Part shown: piece after piece, positions 63,132 through 64,000 of the stretch
How positions within the stretch are numbered: the stretch's first letter is position 1
How the letters are laid out: each line of letters begins with the position of its first letter
Assembly: GCA_004298675.1 (NCBI GenBank)
Contig: SCRI01000002.1
Coordinates: forward strand, 13,181-77,180
Direction of reading: 5' to 3'
Length of the DNA: 64,000 bases
DNA from: a bacterium
GTDB taxonomy: Bacteria > Vulcanimicrobiota > Vulcanimicrobiia > Vulcanimicrobiales > SCRA01
Notes under the pieces: generated by a model
Databases searched by the model: none
What the model saw: the letters and a program-made list of their open reading frames with translations, nothing else
Told to the model about the DNA's origin: nothing
Made by a program: the position numbers and the translations under genes

Positions 63132-63218
63132 TGGTGCCGAGAAAGGGACTCGAACCCCCACGAGCTTGCGCCCACTAGTACCTGAAACTAGCGCGTCTAC
63201 CAATTCCGCCATCTCGGC
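63132..63218 (-). tRNA. tRNA-Leu (anticodon CAG), CCA encoded
   Basis: The reverse complement is GCCGAGATGGCGGAATTGGTAGACGCGCTAGTTTCAGGTACTAGTGGGCGCAAGCTCGTGGGGGTTCGAGTCCCTTTCTCGGCACCA. Acceptor stem GCCGAGA pairs with TCTCGGC. Anticodon stem CTAGT/ACTAG with loop TTCAGGT. Long variable arm. Close to E. coli tRNA-Leu(CAG). Confidence 0.9.
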
Positions 63219-63294
63219 ACGGCCAAAGTACGATACCACACCCCCGCGCGAGCCGCAAGGGTGACCCCGCCAAAGACCGAAAGGCGAGGGCGCG

Positions 63295-64000
63295 ATGAAG
63301 TTCAGCCAACTGCGGACGTTCTTGGAGACGGTTCGCCGCGGCGGCTTCGCCGAGGCCGCCCGCTCGATGGGGGTCTCGCAACCAGCCGTCACCCGACAGA
63401 TTCAACGCCTGGAACACGAGCTCGGTATGCGGCTGTTGCGCCGCGCGGAGGGTCCGGTGAGGCCCACCCCCGCAGGCGATCAGGTCCAACGTTTCGCCGA
63501 GCACGTCCTGGCCGAGCACGAAGCCCTCATCGAGCGCTTACGCCCCTTTCACGAAGGCGTCGACGGCACGTTGCGCATCGGCGCCAGCACCACGCCCGCC
63601 GAGTTTCTGGTACCGCGCTTGCTGGTGCTCTTCGCGCAACGCTACCCGAACGTCACGAGCGTGCTCGACGTCTCGGACTCGCGGCGCGTCGTCGAGGCGT
63701 TGACGGAGGCGCGCGTCGACGTGGGTTTCACCGGCGTCGCCCCAACGCGCCCGCACCTCGCAGTGGCGCGGGTGGCCGCCGACGAGATCATCCTCATCGC
63801 GCCGGCATCGCATCCGTTAGCCAAACGCCGCCGCATCCGGATCGAGGACCTGGAGGGCGAGACACTCATCGCGCGCATCTCCGGCTCGGGGACGATGGAG
63901 AGCGTGAGACGTGCGCTGCAGGACGCGGGCCTCGAGCTGCCGGCGATGCACGTCGCGATGCAATTGGGGACCTCCCATGCCGTGCTCCAGGCGGTTCGCG
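63295..64000 (+). CDS. LysR-family transcriptional regulator (3' end outside the window)
   Basis: AAGGCGAGGG SD. MKFSQLRTFLETVRRGGFAEAARSMGVSQPAVTRQIQRLE HTH. The frame stays open to the window end. It is absent from the ORF track because it has no stop. Confidence 0.8.
   Translation, partial: MKFSQLRTFLETVRRGGFAEAARSMGVSQPAVTRQIQRLEHELGMRLLRRAEGPVRPTPAGDQVQRFAEHVLAEHEALIERLRPFHEGVDGTLRIGASTTPAEFLVPRLLVLFAQRYPNVTSVLDVSDSRRVVEALTEARVDVGFTGVAPTRPHLAVARVAADEIILIAPASHPLAKRRRIRIEDLEGETLIARISGSGTMESVRRALQDAGLELPAMHVAMQLGTSHAVLQAVR

Noticed and set aside
63102-63294. tRNA-Leu as an integration site for a genomic island
   Set aside because: There is no integrase and no partial tRNA 3'-end repeat. 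No compositional shift is seen on either side within the window, and the flanking genes (MOSC, LysR) have host-like G+C.

Overview
This is a high-G+C bacterial chromosomal segment. Hand counts of single 60-nt lines give about 70% G+C in typical regions. It is densely coding: I support about 58 CDS and one tRNA. Many neighbouring genes are joined by 4-nt ATGA or GTGA start/stop overlaps.

The ORF track prints M for GTG and TTG starts, and most long ORFs carry spurious 5' extensions. I re-set starts using signal peptides, Shine-Dalgarno sequences, N-termini of remembered homologues and upstream stop codons.

Content from left to right:
- 1-7243: an outer-membrane biogenesis cluster, implying a diderm organism. 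It holds an SLT lipoprotein, an LptF/G permease, an LptD-like OMP, lnt and an LptC-like gene.
- 7292-11926: a KGG stress protein, D-aminoacylase, malonyl-CoA decarboxylase, coaE and a hydrolase.
- 11988-20476: rpsA, mutM, DUF192, polA, a large secreted MG-domain-like protein and a LysR regulator.
- 20883-30390: an Nramp transporter, cydAB, a CrtI-like oxidoreductase, an APC permease, gluQ and a family-5 substrate-binding protein (SBP).
- 30391-32354: a low-G+C island of about 1.9 kb. It carries an MT-A70 methyltransferase, a BglII/BamHI-like endonuclease and a coupled small membrane protein.
- 32355-38349: a six-gene minus-strand chain. It runs from an acyl-CoA dehydrogenase (ACAD), through a kinase, a small protein and a histidine phosphatase, to an MFS transporter and a gluconokinase-like gene.
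- 38434-41709: a tricorn protease homologue.
- 41831-50353: a Liv-type ABC transporter flanked by two inverted paralogous SBP genes, plus a dienelactone hydrolase and a CoA ligase.
- 50622-53480: RNase E/G with a long charged tail.
- 53545-61200: a division-hydrolase cluster in the order ftsE, ftsX, histidine kinase, REC-GGDEF, M23 peptidase and two Ctp proteases.
- 61341-64000: a second ACAD, a MOSC protein, tRNA-Leu(CAG) and a partial LysR gene.

I see no CRISPR array, transposase, integrase or prophage, and no clear-cut new defence system.

The best candidates for something under-described are:
1. The LvaABC/ACAD10-11-like kinase-dehydrogenase module with an added phosphatase.
2. The two-component system translationally embedded between ftsEX and the M23/Ctp genes.
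3. The restriction-modification (R-M) island with its coupled 2-TM (two transmembrane helix) microprotein.

All functional calls rest on motif and family recognition by eye. No database search was run.
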